DNA of 34,982 nucleotides from Intoshia linei (Eukaryota; Animalia; Orthonectida): the NCBI GenBank assembly GCA_001642005.1, contig LWCA01000271.1, positions 1 through 34,982 of the forward strand, read 5' to 3'. Numbering within the stretch: the stretch's first letter is position 1; the number at the start of each line of letters is the position of its first letter. This document shows, in pieces, positions 23,401 to 34,982 of this stretch. The notes beneath the pieces were generated by a model that had not been told where the DNA came from, ran no database searches, and saw only the letters and a list, made by a program, of their open reading frames with translations. Made by a program: the position numbers and the translations under genes.

Positions 23401-26400
23401 GTGTATTGCACATACAGACAGACACACAAAAAAAGACTTTTTATATAAGTTAATATGGGTAATTTCGGTTTTTAACAATGAAGATATAAGTTTTTGAAAT
23501 TAAAATTTGAAATTTTCATGATTTTAAAATATGCATCAGAATGTAAAAAAATTTCTAGGTCTCGTTTTATTTTTAAAAATATGATGCGTTGTTTGGGGTT
23601 TTACTCTAAAAGACTCAATTTCTAAAATCTAATTTGTGATAAAATGTAATCCACGAAAAACTGTATTAAGAATTAATGTTTTTAAAAATCTACATATCTT
23701 ACTTTTGTAAATAAGATCAAAAAAATTAAAAAACTGAAATCCTCTTCTAAATAAATTGATTCATTCGAAATCATCCCAAAAAATTTCCCAAAAAACCCTT
23801 TTGAAAATATGGTTAAAAAATCTACTAAAAACATTCTTTCAAATTTGGTTAAAAAAATTCACTAAAAACCCCCTTGAAAATGTGAAAAAAAATCCCCTAA
23901 AATCCTCTTTAAAAATTTTCAAATATGATCCCAAAAAATTTCGCTAAGAAAACCCTTCTTTCAAATGTGGTTACAAAAAAATTTCCCTATAAACCCTTTT
24001 GAAAATATGGTTAAAAAAATCTACTAAAAACACTCTTTCAAATTTGGTTAAAAAAATTCACTAAAATCCTCTTTAAAAATTTTCAAATATGATCACAAAA
24101 AATTTCACTAAGAAAACCCTATTTTCAAATGTGGTAAAAAAAATTTCCCTAAAAACCCTTTTGAAAATATGGTTAAAAAATCCACTAAAAACACTCTTTC
24201 AAATTTGGTTAAAAAAATTCACTAAAAACCCCATTGAAAATGTGAAAAAAAATCCCTTAAATCCTCTTTAAAAATTTCCGTAAAAACTCTCTTGAAGATA
24301 TGGTTAATATAAATTTTCTTAAAATCCCGCTTAAAAATGTGAAAAAAAATCTCCTAAAACTCCTTTGAAAATATGGTTAAAAAATCCACTAAAAACACTC
24401 TTTAAAATTTGGTGAAAAAAAATCGTCTAAAAACCCCCTTGAAAATGTGTTACAAATAAATTTAAAAATTTGTTTATTTATTTGTTATCTATTTTTTTAA
24501 TTTTTGTATATGAACTGTGGGTTATTTACAATTCTAGGACTATTTTCATTTTTTTAAAAAGGGTAATTTGGTTTTGGCCATGAAGATTTATGATAATATG
24601 ATGTTAAAATCTGTATCAGAGTGTATATTTTTTTAAATTTTAGAACTAGTTTGGTTTTCAAAAAAAAAGATAATTAGGGTTTTTCGCCGGTAAGATGTGA
24701 GTTTCTGAGATAAAGATATATCTTAGATTCACCACCGGAAAAAACTGTAATAGAAATGTAGAATTTTTTAAATTCCAAGACTCTTAGTTATTGAAATTAA
24801 AATGAAATTGAACTTGAAATTGAAATAAACGATAACACATACAGACAAGCAGTCATTATATTAAAATACCAGAGCAATTGCTTTATGTAAATATTCCAAT
24901 CCTTTCGAAAGATCTTTTTCTATACCTTGACCCTAAATTAATGCACATTTAATATTTTCTGATTTTTAAAAATTTAGAAAAATTTTCCCATTTTTCTATA
25001 TCTATCTACATTTTTTCAATTTTTTATATTACATATTGTATAATTTTTTCTACGGTTGACATTATTATTACACACATGCTAGCTATGGGGCGTTGTATAA
25101 ATAAATTTTTATATAAAAAACTGAAACCGGTTGACATGAAATCTACTCCAAAAATATAATTTTAGATTATGTATATTTGAAATAGAATAGAAAAATCGCC
25201 CTCAACGGAGCTATTCGACCACCATTGAGAATCCCGGATATAGATGTAAACTGTAAATTTTATACCCGAACCGAAATATAACCAAAGACTTATATAAAAT
25301 GAAATAATCCGCATAAACTACTTTCTAACCTATAATAATTTATAATGTTCCATTATATACTCATTTCGAAAATGTTAAGCTTAACATGAAAAGAAAGAAG
25401 GTAAACACATCTAAAAATATTAGAAAGCAATCGATTATGAATCTAACTTTGCCATTATAGAATTTTTATAAAATTGAATTGTGAAATGGTAATTCTTAAA
25501 GAAAATTAAAAATCACTACTAACTAAAAGAACAGTGACCAGCAAACTACGCACCGCAATTACATTTTTGTGTCCACGAATTTGTAATAAAAAGTAGATTA
25601 CTCTCATTCATTTTAATCTAACGTAAAACACGGATATTACTACTGATATGTATAAATGTTTACCAATAATAAAACAATTCCATAATTGTAATAATTCATA
25701 GCATTTTGTGATTCATTTTCAAAATTTTTTTCTTCTGACTGAACAGCAGCTTTTTCATACAATTCTGAAGATTTTTCTAAATTTTGTTCCATACCACTGA
25801 ATCCATAATGATACATGGCAGAAAGTATATTCTAAATTAAGTATAAGGATATAAAATAAAACATTGTATACCATAGCTTCTTGTTGTACATCAATATAGT
25901 CTATTTTTGTTTTAAATTCTAACCATTCCATCAAATGTGAAGTTTTTACATCTCGTTTAACAATATTATCTTCTAAATATTCATTTTCGTAGCGAATCTA
26001 TTTATTGAAGTTAATTAATGATTTAATGTCTTACGGTAGCTTTATTAATTTTTCTTTCAACAATTATATGTTCAACGACTTCCCTGGAATACACTATACA
26101 ATTAAACTTATAAGATAAAATAATATTATATTATATTTTTAATATACTATATTTTATTTTTTGCATCAAGAATTCATCATTATTATCAAATAGCTGAAGG
26201 TATGTTTGTATACAGGGCACATGCGAAGAAATTACGCACTTAATCAATGAGTATATCTACATATCATAAAAAACATGAAAAATATCATATACAGAATAGT
26301 TCATGTCAAGTTTTTCATATTTTGAAAGAATATATTGATCGAAATTGGCAGATTCATAATCGTAAAAAGCTGCTCTATGAAGATTTTTAGTATGTAAATG

Positions 26401-27560
26401 CTTAATAGATTCTTTTTTCCATTTCTAGGATTATATTTAAAATAATAATATTAATAATTCACTTGATAATAAAAGTTAGCTATAGATGGAAATATTATTT
26501 TTATGGCTTGATTAAAATTGACCTCATTTTGAATCAACACATATTTTTTTAGTTTTGGTAAAATAAGATGCCGCAATAGAAAATAATGTTTATTATTTTC
26601 CATTAAATATTGATGAAATTTTTGAATTGGTATTTCATTTGAATTAATCAAACACTTTTGGGTTTTAAAGTACTTGTAATGTTTTATGACATGAGTTAAC
26701 GATGGACAAATGTTCTTGAAAGACATGAGTATTTTTCTATCTAATAAGGAATTGATAATTATGAGTATATCCATTTTCGTCTGACAAAATTCAGATTCAA
26801 TTTTATAGTTTTGGCAGTATTCAATATCTGCATTAACCAAATTAAAAGTATTTAAATAATCTACATTATTTTGAGAGTAAGCATTATATTCGTTTTGATT
26901 TGATTTGAAATAAAATAAAACGAAATTAGCAGAACTGGCAAGATGCTTCGTTGAGCCCAATATTACTTTTGTCCTCTTCGCATTAAAATTTATCTTGAAT
27001 CTTATATTAATCAATTGTTTTAGCAATTCACTTTCAAAAAAGGGCAATTTCTGGCTATGTTTTGTTACAGTCTCAAGAATTATAAAATTTTTCAATAAAG
27101 GAGGTAGTTTAACATTCCACGAGTATAACTTCATAGTGGGCTCATTTAAATAAGTAATATCCAGCTCGATTTTATAAATTTTCAAGAGTTCAAGATGGTG
27201 CACTGTTTTCATCAAAACCACGTTTTTGTTTCGAATTTCCGAATATAATAAAACAAAACAATTGTTTTTATCCAAAAACAAGGATGGGGTGGTTAAATAT
27301 GATGCATCCAATGATATTGCATGAAAAATTGAACAATACTTTTCTTTGGAAAATTTAAAATTCGCAATTTCTCCAACTTGACAATTTTCGTAAATTGAAA
27401 ATATAATGACTACATTTGACCAATTTTTAGAATCTGTCGCAAGAACACCATGCTTATTATTTGAATTGAAAAATACGGGTACACGATGTTCTATGGCACT
27501 TATTGCATAAATAAAAATAAATATTAAGTATAAATTCATTATACACGTATACGTGGACAT
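20445..27560 (-). CDS. SEL1L3: SEL1-repeat membrane protein, SEL1L3-like (multi-exon)
   Basis: Signal peptide MNLYLIFIFIYAISA. SEL1 repeats NALGWYYYDILKNYRAGLMWFEKSVENGDNFDAAYNVASVYYYG, YMQLAEMGNSVSSYNAAY and SIQYYLLAVNENSIQ/AVYELAHIL. Putative terminal TM exon VYTIVLVCAIVCIHFYRHN*. The 3' end and internal boundaries are approximate. Confidence 0.7.
23019..23450 (-). mobile_element. Short Helitron-like copy in a SEL1L3 intron
   Basis: A|CTAGCTTGGCTGTTTTGTGCTTTGTACAAACAACACCTAG is the 3' terminus. The other end has an ACAGACAGACACAC microsatellite and TTATATAAGTT. Confidence 0.65.
23775..24455. repeat. A-tract minisatellite (~35-40 bp units with higher-order structure)
   Basis: Recurrent AAAACCCTTTTGAAAATATGGTTAAAAAATC(C/T)ACTAAAAACACTCTTTCAAATTTGGTTAAAAAAATTCACT at about 23792, 23990, 24151 and, degenerate, 24360. 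Confidence 0.9.
24500..24865 (-). mobile_element. 5' fragment of the Helitron-like family
   Basis: Shares GTAAGATGTGAGTTT, AAATTCnAAGACT..AGTTATTGAAAT and AAACGATAACACA with 30040-30165. Confidence 0.65.
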
Positions 27561-27588
27561 GTGTTACAATAATGATTTATTTTTAATT

Positions 27589-28251
27589 TTATACACAATA
27601 TGCTCTTTTTCTAAGTAATTTCATATTTTCAGTCCGAATTTTGTACTGATCGAAAAGACTCTTTGAATTTTCTTGTATGCTTTCAAAATATTTATCTATA
27701 CCAATCTGAGATTTTGGCTCAACACCGTCTTTCTCAAAATCTGACAAATTAAGTGAATCCATTAGTTCTGTAATAGATTTGTGATTTGATTTTATTGGTT
27801 CATTTTCTTCATTGAAATCAAATTTATTTGAACTTTCATCCCATTGACCACTGATAGAATACGGTTCCATTACACCCAAAACTTCTGAATATAAATCATT
27901 TGTCATATTTGGTCTACTTGGATAATGAGAAGACATTATGTTATTATTTGAAACGGAACTTTGAGAAAAATGTATGGAATAAGGGTTTAGAAATGACGTC
28001 AAACTTCCTTTTTTCCAAACCATGAAAGACGGTGCTGCTAGCATTGCATTTGCTCCGGTCGTTTTCAACCCATTTTTCCCTAATGGATTTAATTCATAAT
28101 CCATACTACATTCATCATATTTTTCCATGGGTACGTAGCATTTTAAACCTGGACATGCATTGAATATATTATACTTCTCATGTTCCACACAATGATCCTG
28201 CATACCTCGTGGAGGTTCAAAAGTCTTCAACCATTCCTTAACTTCTTCCAT
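27589..28251 (-). CDS. 220-aa protein; tentative resemblance to the C-terminal region of ciliary CFAP221/PCDP1
   Basis: Clean 663-bp ORF. Segments IFNACPGL...YDECSMDYEL and PSFMVWKK recall CFAP221 'FNPxPGL...YxExxxDYHL...PGIMxWK' from memory only. Confidence reflects the product call; the ORF itself is likely real. Confidence 0.45.
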   Translation of the reverse strand: MEEVKEWLKTFEPPRGMQDHCVEHEKYNIFNACPGLKCYVPMEKYDECSMDYELNPLGKNGLKTTGANAMLAAPSFMVWKKGSLTSFLNPYSIHFSQSSVSNNNIMSSHYPSRPNMTNDLYSEVLGVMEPYSISGQWDESSNKFDFNEENEPIKSNHKSITELMDSLNLSDFEKDGVEPKSQIGIDKYFESIQENSKSLFDQYKIRTENMKLLRKRAYCV

Positions 28252-28721
28252 TTTATTTGTTTATAGATACTATGGTTGTAGTGTAAACACATGCCCATAC
28301 AATATAATTGTATACACAAGTATATTATAAACATAGATTTATAAATAATAAGAGAAATCGGTTTCTAAAATCGATCATTCATCCTCTAACCGGGATTATT
28401 TATAAATCTTTTAAAGGCATAATCCATGGTCTTGAATATCCAGTAATTTGATTTCTCTAAAAATGTATTTCATTTTTATCTAAAATTTATAAAAATCATT
28501 TCAAAAATAATAATAATAATAATAAATTATATCTAAAGTTTTGAGGACTATTCACGATTCTGGCTAATGTTATTTGGTTGTTATATACAAATGTAATTTT
28601 GAATTTTATTGATTATTTGGGTTATCTTTAGTATAGTTTTAATCAAATTAAATGATGGATGAACAATCAGGTATTTTATCGTTCAAATAATTGTAAGGCC
28701 CAGTCTGTGTTTATAGATATA

Positions 28722-30180
28722 CTAGGTTGACTGTTATGTACTTGGTACAATTAGCACCTAGTACAGAGGTGGATTTTTTTAATTCTACCCAAAAAATAAA
28801 TTCAATAAATAATTCTTACTTAAAAATGCTATTTTCACTATTATCAATCCTTTATAGGAGTGGCTCCCGAATTTGTGTCAGGTGGAACCATCATATCACA
28901 TTACTTTTTACTTTAAAGTGAATTATTCCACTTTAATTTTTTGTTTGTTAACATTTGCGTAAAGAATTTTAAAAACAATTGTTATCGTTTTTTTAATTTA
29001 TTCGACAGAATGTGTGTAATACACACTGTGTATAATATTAAAAATAAAGTAAAAACCGTCCAATCCTAAATTGTCATAAATAGCATAAATTCCAGAAAAA
29101 ATAAAATTATAAAAACCTATTTTGTTATTTTGAGTGTGATGATATATATTCGGTACCAATTTAATAAATACTTAAAAATATTAAATATGTATAAATAATT
29201 AACCGAATCTTCATTTTATAAACATATTTTAGTCGAATTTTACCAAAATTGCAAAGGATTGTAATAAATATAAAAATGATACTAACAAGGTGATTTTAGT
29301 TTCGTTGTTCAGTTTCTATTAAAATTTTATTCAAAATGTTTTGAAAATGAGAATTTCAAATTTAAAAATTGCGAAGGAATGAATCATATAGATTTTCACC
29401 CATATTCCTTTATTGGAAATGTGTAAACTTTCACTGCACAGTAGTTTTAAAATTATAGGGTCAATATTTACATTTTCAATTTTTATTTTAATCCAAATAT
29501 TTGAAAAATATTGGTTGAATATATTAAAAATTATTTTTTATCGGGAATTCGTAGATTTCTCGGGTTGAACTTTTGTATTTTTATCAACTGGAATAAGCTC
29601 TATCAGAATAATCTTTTTTTTAGTTTTCGGACCGTTTAATTAATTATTTCACATTTTTTGTTTTAATAAAATATTTCCAAAAAAAATATATCAATACTAA
29701 AATGCTTTTTTGACCGTGAAGTCGTCACTTATTACAATTGAAATTTTTTGAAATTATAGAGCTGTTTTCATTAAAAAAAGATGGGTAATTTTGGGTTTTG
29801 GCTCTGAAAAAATAATTTTTTTAAATTTAAATTTATGGTAATGTTTATGATTTTAAAATCCGTATCAGCGTATATATTTTTTTAAATTCTCGAACTCGTT
29901 TGATTTTCAAAAAAAAGACAATTGGGATATATATTTTTTTAAATTCTCCAACTCGTTTGATTTTCAAAAAGAGGGACAATTTGTTAAATTCTCCAACTCA
30001 TCTGATTTTCAAAAAGAGGGACAATTGGACTTTTTGATCCGTAAGATGTGAGTTTGAGAGGTTGAAATTTAACTTATTATACGTCCCGGAAAAAAGTGAA
30101 ATTGAAATTTGGGCTTTATAAAATTCTAAGACTGGTAGTTATTGAAATAAACGATAACACACACAAACAAACAAAGCATA
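28722..30180 (-). mobile_element. Near full-length Helitron-like copy
   Basis: A|CTAGGTTGACTGTTATGTAC terminus at 28721-28741. The body is the reverse complement of 33870-34982 (for example TAAAATGCTTTTTTGACCGTGAAGTCG). Ends with AAACGATAACACACACAAACAAACAAA. Confidence 0.8.
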
Positions 30181-30979
30181 TTCCAAAAATCTGATTCCAA
30201 AAGAAAAAACCAAATTTTACCAACCCTTAAGGAAAAAAATCGCTTATCAATATTTTTATAAAAAATCGCTTATCAATATTTTTATAAAAAATCCCATTTT
30301 ACCAAATTTTTAGATCAATAATTCTTCTGATTGATTCCATAAGAAAAAACCTGATTTGAAAAAACATTAATCATTAATTTTTTGGTAAATAATTAATAAT
30401 AATTGGACAACAGAAAAAAGTTCCATTAAAAACCTATTTGTTGATACATTAGAGTGGAAGACATAAAAAAATGTAAATAGTAATAATGACATAAAAAAAA
30501 TATCAGTGACTGCCTTGATTTTGTGTGCCCTTCGCTAACATTTGAGAAACTGAAACAAAGTCAAAAATGTAACTTTTTGATTAAAATATTTTAAATAGAC
30601 CTTGAATAAAATCTCATTTTAACTTTTCAATTTGAAGTAAAATGATATATTGCATTATGGTCAAATTTATTGCCCACGGCAGCACGTTGTGCACCCCTGG
30701 TTTAAATTAATAGAAGTAGATATTATTTTATTTAAACATAACGTTATTTTTTATAAAACTAACTTAATTTATTGAATTAACCGTTAGTTTAACACTGCCT
30801 CAGCAAAGCTTGATTAGCATGAGCTGGTCGTCCCCTTTTTTTTCACGTTAAATGGGAGATATGTCTTAAATTAGACGATCACAGTACCTATTAAATAATG
30901 TTAAATTAATTAAGTTATACGTTATAAATATTAAATTAGACGCTGAAACTATTAAATTAGTCGGTGCATTAAATAGTAT

Positions 30980-31160
30980 CTCTTGTATAATATGCTATGC
31001 AATATTTGTTTGTGTGTGTTACCGTTTATTTCAATAACTACTAGTCTTAGAATTTTATAAAGTCCACATATCAATTAGTTTTTTCCGGGTGTTAGCAAAA
31101 TAAATTTAAACCTCCCAAACTCACATCTTACGGGTCAAAAAGCCCGATTGTCCTTTATTA
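30980..31160 (+). mobile_element. 5' fragment of the Helitron-like family, just upstream of the fumarate reductase
   Basis: TATAATATGCTATGC...GTTTGTGTGTGTTACCGTTTATTTCAATAACTACTAGTCTTAGAATTTTATAAAG...ACCTCCCAAACTCACATCTTACGGGTCAAAA. The last block is identical at 33986-34015. Confidence 0.75.
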
Positions 31161-31383
31161 TTTGTCGACTCATTTATAAAAATCGATTTATAATTATTTC
31201 TACAAGAAACCATCTTGTAATTTATTGTTAATTTTAGAATATTTGATAACTTATCAAATGATAAGTTGAGATAAAAGGCGTACAATAAAATAATTACCCG
31301 TGCTACAAAAGAAAGGGACATATTAGGGCCATAAAAAATATATTTATATTTGGTATAGATACAAATATAAATAAACTTTGAAA

Positions 31384-32920
31384 ATGTGCAATTACGGTGT
31401 AATAATTTATTCAATTTTAATCTCGTTAATAGTTTTACTAGCCCAAACAGAAGAAATTAGAGAAATTGCAATTATTGGCGGAGGTCTTTCTGGGATAATA
31501 TCGACAATAGTTGCAGCCGAAAATGGAAAATCAGTGGTTTTGTGTGAAAAGGAATCGCATTTGGGTGGAAATTCTGCCAAGGCTACTTCAGGAATCAATG
31601 CAGCGAATACAGTTCAACAAGATTTTGAAGGAATAGATGATGATTTTACAAGTTTTGAAAATGATACTAAAAAATCAGGAGTAAAATTAAACGAAGCTTT
31701 GGTGAAAATATTGACCTATAATAGTGCTGAAGCTTTGAAATTTTTGGAAGATCGAATAAATTATAGTTTTGATGACGTAGTTAAACTAGGTGGCCATTCT
31801 CAACGTAGAACCCATCGTTTTAAATCAGATGAAAATAGTGGAAAACCGAAACCGGTTGGATTCACAATCATGACACTTTTGATAAACTCTGTTAACGAAA
31901 ACATCAAAACTGGAAAATACAACATAAAAATCGTGAAAAATTGTCGACTTTCACGAGTTAAAAAAATTGACGATTATTACATTTTATATGCAGATGATAT
32001 GACTTTGCGTGCTAACTCCATTATATTTACGTCTGGTGGTTTTGGTAACGACCATGATAAAGATTCATTGATAGAAAAATACGCACAAAAATTAAACTAC
32101 CTTCCCACAACAAATGGGAAATGGACAACGGGAGATGGCATGAAAATACTTGAAAGTATGGGAGCGGATTTGATAGATATGGATAAGGTAAAAATTTAAA
32201 TTGAAAGAAAAGATTAAATAAACTTTTAGATCCAAATACACCCCACGGGATTTCTTCAAATGGAACAAGCAGAAAGCAACATTGCATTTCTCGCACCAGA
32301 AAGTCTTAGGGGCTGTGGAGCAAAATTGATTTTGAAAAATGGAAAACGTTTCGTAGATGAATTAGAAAAGCGGAACGTTGTTACAGCAGCTATTTTTGAA
32401 AAAGGCTTTTCAATTAAAGAAAATAATCCACGCAAAGGTGCTTACATTGTCATTTCTAGTGAGGATGCAGAGTGTTTTGGTAAAAGTTATATTGAATTTT
32501 ATGTTAAACTGAAAAGAATGATGGGGCCATATAATTCGCAGGAAATAGAAAATATAGTGGCCAATGGAGAAAAGGTAATTTACTCTATTTTAAAAACAAT
32601 GCACATTTATTTAGTTCGAATTTGAATACTCAAAAAAAATTGACCAAAATACAAAATATTACCTTGGATTAATATCGCCAGTTATTCATTATTGCATGGG
32701 AGGTGTAAAAATAGACGAAAATGCTAAAGTTATCGATAGAGACTCAACATCAAATGTTTTGTCTGGTATATTTGCTGCAGGAGAAGTAACTGGTGGGATT
32801 CATGGAGAGAACAGACTGGGTGGAAACAGTCTACTCGATTGTGTGGTTTTTGGTAAAATTGCCGCAACTTCTGCTGTTAATTATGTAGATAAATTTAAGA
32901 AAAATCACATGGAGCTATAA
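31384..32920 (+). CDS. FAD-dependent soluble fumarate reductase (flavocytochrome c / Osm1-Frd1 type), 3 exons, with signal peptide
   Basis: Introns 32188-32230 and about 32575-32614. Motifs: GGGLSG, GGNSAKATSGIN, LGGHSxxRTHR, IQIHPTG, LAPESLRG, RFVDELEKR, VIHYCMGG and GEVTGGIHGENRLGGNSL. Hydrophobic N-terminus; C-terminal HMEL. Confidence 0.92.
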
Positions 32921-32948
32921 AATTTAATATTGGACACTATTACGTAAA

Positions 32949-33293
32949 TTAAATTGTTGATCCATCTACAGAAATTAAAATTATACCATCGCCTCGAATG
33001 AATAAAAGTGGTATTTTTCGTTTTACTTTTTCATAAACTTCATCATATGTTTCATCGTCGATATGAACTGAATTTATTTAAAAGAAATATATCTTTGGTT
33101 TACCTTTGTATGTTTCTTCTTCGACTTCACTAAGTATCATATTTAGGTGTTGATCAAAAGAGTTCATTTTGCCTTTTACAATTCGATTGTTTCGCATTTT
33201 TACTAAAATATATCCGTTTATCGAATATTTAATTAGGTCCAGAGGTTCTTTAATATTTTGAAAAGTAGGTATGACCGGTACATTGCGTTTCAT
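32949..33293 (-). CDS. LSM3: U6 snRNA-associated Sm-like protein LSm3 (2 exons)
   Basis: IKEPLDLIKYS...VKMRNNRIVKGKMNSFDQHLNMILSEVEE, then after a 36-nt intron HIDDETYDEVYEKVKRKIPLLFIRGDGIILIS. Confidence 0.93.
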
Positions 33294-33859
33294 TTCTGGA
33301 ATTTAATATTCAAAATTTCGAATTATATATTTCCAAGGTTTGAATTTTGTATCGCTCAATATTGAATATGGATTCGATATTATCGAATGTCTTCATTTAC
33401 AGTATGGCTAGTATAATGTTATTAATAGGATGTAAGTTATATCCTATTTATATTAATAAAATGAAATATGCTTACTCCCTAGATTTTACCAAAGCATATC
33501 TAAAATAAGTGTAATACAGATTTTCACTTCAAACAAGTCAGGAAATGTATATTTGCCAGGATATCCGTGTTGTCAATTGTCTAATGTCAATATCTCAATT
33601 ATAAATATTCTTTTGAGTAAATTTAAAAAGCTTCATTGAAAATGCAGTGTAGTTACAGAAATATTGAAAAATTGTTTGGATTATGACACTATTAAGGTTT
33701 CTTATAAAAGTAGAGTAAAATTTTTAAAACGATAGAAAAATGTCTACGCTTAACCCATCGCAAACAACAAAACAAAATGATAAAATTTATCATTATAGCT
33801 TTAATTTGAAAATAAATTTTTTCGATATTATAAAATAACGTCAATGGTACATGATGGAC

Positions 33860-34982
33860 GCGATTTTTGTTTGTCTGTCTGTGTGTGTGTTTTACTTTAA
33901 TGAAATAATTAGCACTCTTAGAATTTTTTAAAGACCACATTTCTATGACAGTTATTTTCTGGGGTGTTAGTAAGATACATTTTAACCTCCCAAACTCACA
34001 TCTTACGGGTCAAAAGCCCAATTGTCTTTTTTTTGAAAATCAAACGAGTTCGAGAATTTAAAAAAATATAGCTGATGCGGATTTTAAAATCATAAACATT
34101 ATCATAAATTTAAATTTAAAAAAATACACTGATGCGGATTTTAAAATCATAAACATTATCATAAATTTAAATTTAAAAAAATTATATTTTCAAAGCCAAA
34201 ACCACAAATTACCCTTCCTGTTTTTTGAAAACACCCTAGAATTTCAACAAATTTACAGGTGGTAGAATTGTATCATGTTAACACACATAAAAAATTTCAA
34301 TCCGAATAAGTAACGACTTCACGGTCAAAAAAGCATTTTAGTATTCATATATTTTTTTTTCAAAACATTTTATTAAAACAATAAATGTGAAATAATTAAC
34401 AGTCCGAAAATTAAAAAAAAAAATTATTCTGATAGAGCTTAACCAATTGATATAAATTCAAAATTTCAACCCCAGAAATCTACGCATTCCCGGTGAAAAA
34501 TAATTTTTAATATATTATCAACCAATATTTTTCAAATATTTAAATTAAAATCAAAAATTGAAAATGTAAATATTGATCTACAATTTTAAAAATAAAGTGC
34601 GATTGTACGTCTACACATTTCCAATAAAGACATATGGGTAAAAATCTATATAATTCATTCCTTCGGAATGATTTTTCATTGCTACGCAATTTTTAAATTT
34701 CAAATTTTCATTTTCCAAACTTTTTAACAACATCTACGGCAACGAATTTATAAAAGTTTTGATAGTACCTTAATTTAACTTAATTTGAAAATCCAAGATT
34801 GAAAAGTAACATTCACAAGAAAAAAGGACAAAAGTAAGGACATATTTTTAACATCAATAATTTTTATATTACAATCCTTTGCACTAATGGTAAAATTCGA
34901 CCGAAATATTTATAAAGTGGAGATTCTATTAATTATTGATACATAATTGGTATTTTTATGTATTTATTAAATTGGTACTGAA
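33860..34982 (+). mobile_element. Helitron-like copy running off the window end
   Basis: Starts with a GTTTGTCTGTCTGTGTGTGTGT microsatellite. Colinear with 13013-14060 and with the reverse complement of 29150-30170. Contains a 57-bp tandem duplication (34072/34129). Confidence 0.8.

Noticed and set aside
23756-24271. ORFs 23756-23947 and 24089-24271
   Set aside because: They are translations of the minisatellite, antisense within a SEL1L3 intron.
30795-30850. GC-richer stretch followed by a T-run as a Pol III small RNA
   Set aside because: No recognisable tRNA, snRNA or A/B-box structure.
9530-32920. A functional redox/ER cluster (ChaC, SEL1L3, fumarate reductase, MDH)
   Set aside because: Unrelated housekeeping genes are interspersed, and neighbourhood in an animal genome is weak evidence of shared function.

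Overview
This is AT-rich eukaryotic, metazoan-type DNA, not prokaryotic. Genes have many ~35-60 nt GT-AG introns and very short intergenic spacers, while the few long introns are filled with non-autonomous DNA transposons. The architecture suggests a compact-genome invertebrate such as an orthonectid (inference only). Genes reconstructed by hand-splicing, in order: 3' part of a cytosolic malate dehydrogenase-like gene; JMJD5/KDM8; ACTR10 (Arp10/Arp11); a GPI-anchored Ly6/quiver-like gene; a highly divergent histone H3 variant; a cluster of five ChaC (glutathione gamma-glutamylcyclotransferase) paralogs; an orphan ORF; SEL1L3-like; a possible CFAP221 C-terminal-like ORF; a signal-peptide, HMEL-tailed Osm1/Frd1-type soluble fumarate reductase; and LSm3. 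The ChaC cluster has one canonical copy, three copies that keep the catalytic Glu but have rewritten substrate-binding motifs, and one pseudogene. Mobile DNA includes a recurring ~1.5 kb non-autonomous Helitron-like family, several hAT MITEs or deletion derivatives (one with a 5-bp TSD), a foldback element of inverted 30-bp arrays, and a minisatellite. The most interesting signals are the diversifying ChaC array, the H3 variant with a replaced tail, and the probably ER-luminal fumarate reductase. Family assignments rest on motif recognition, not database searches, and exon boundaries were inferred by eye.
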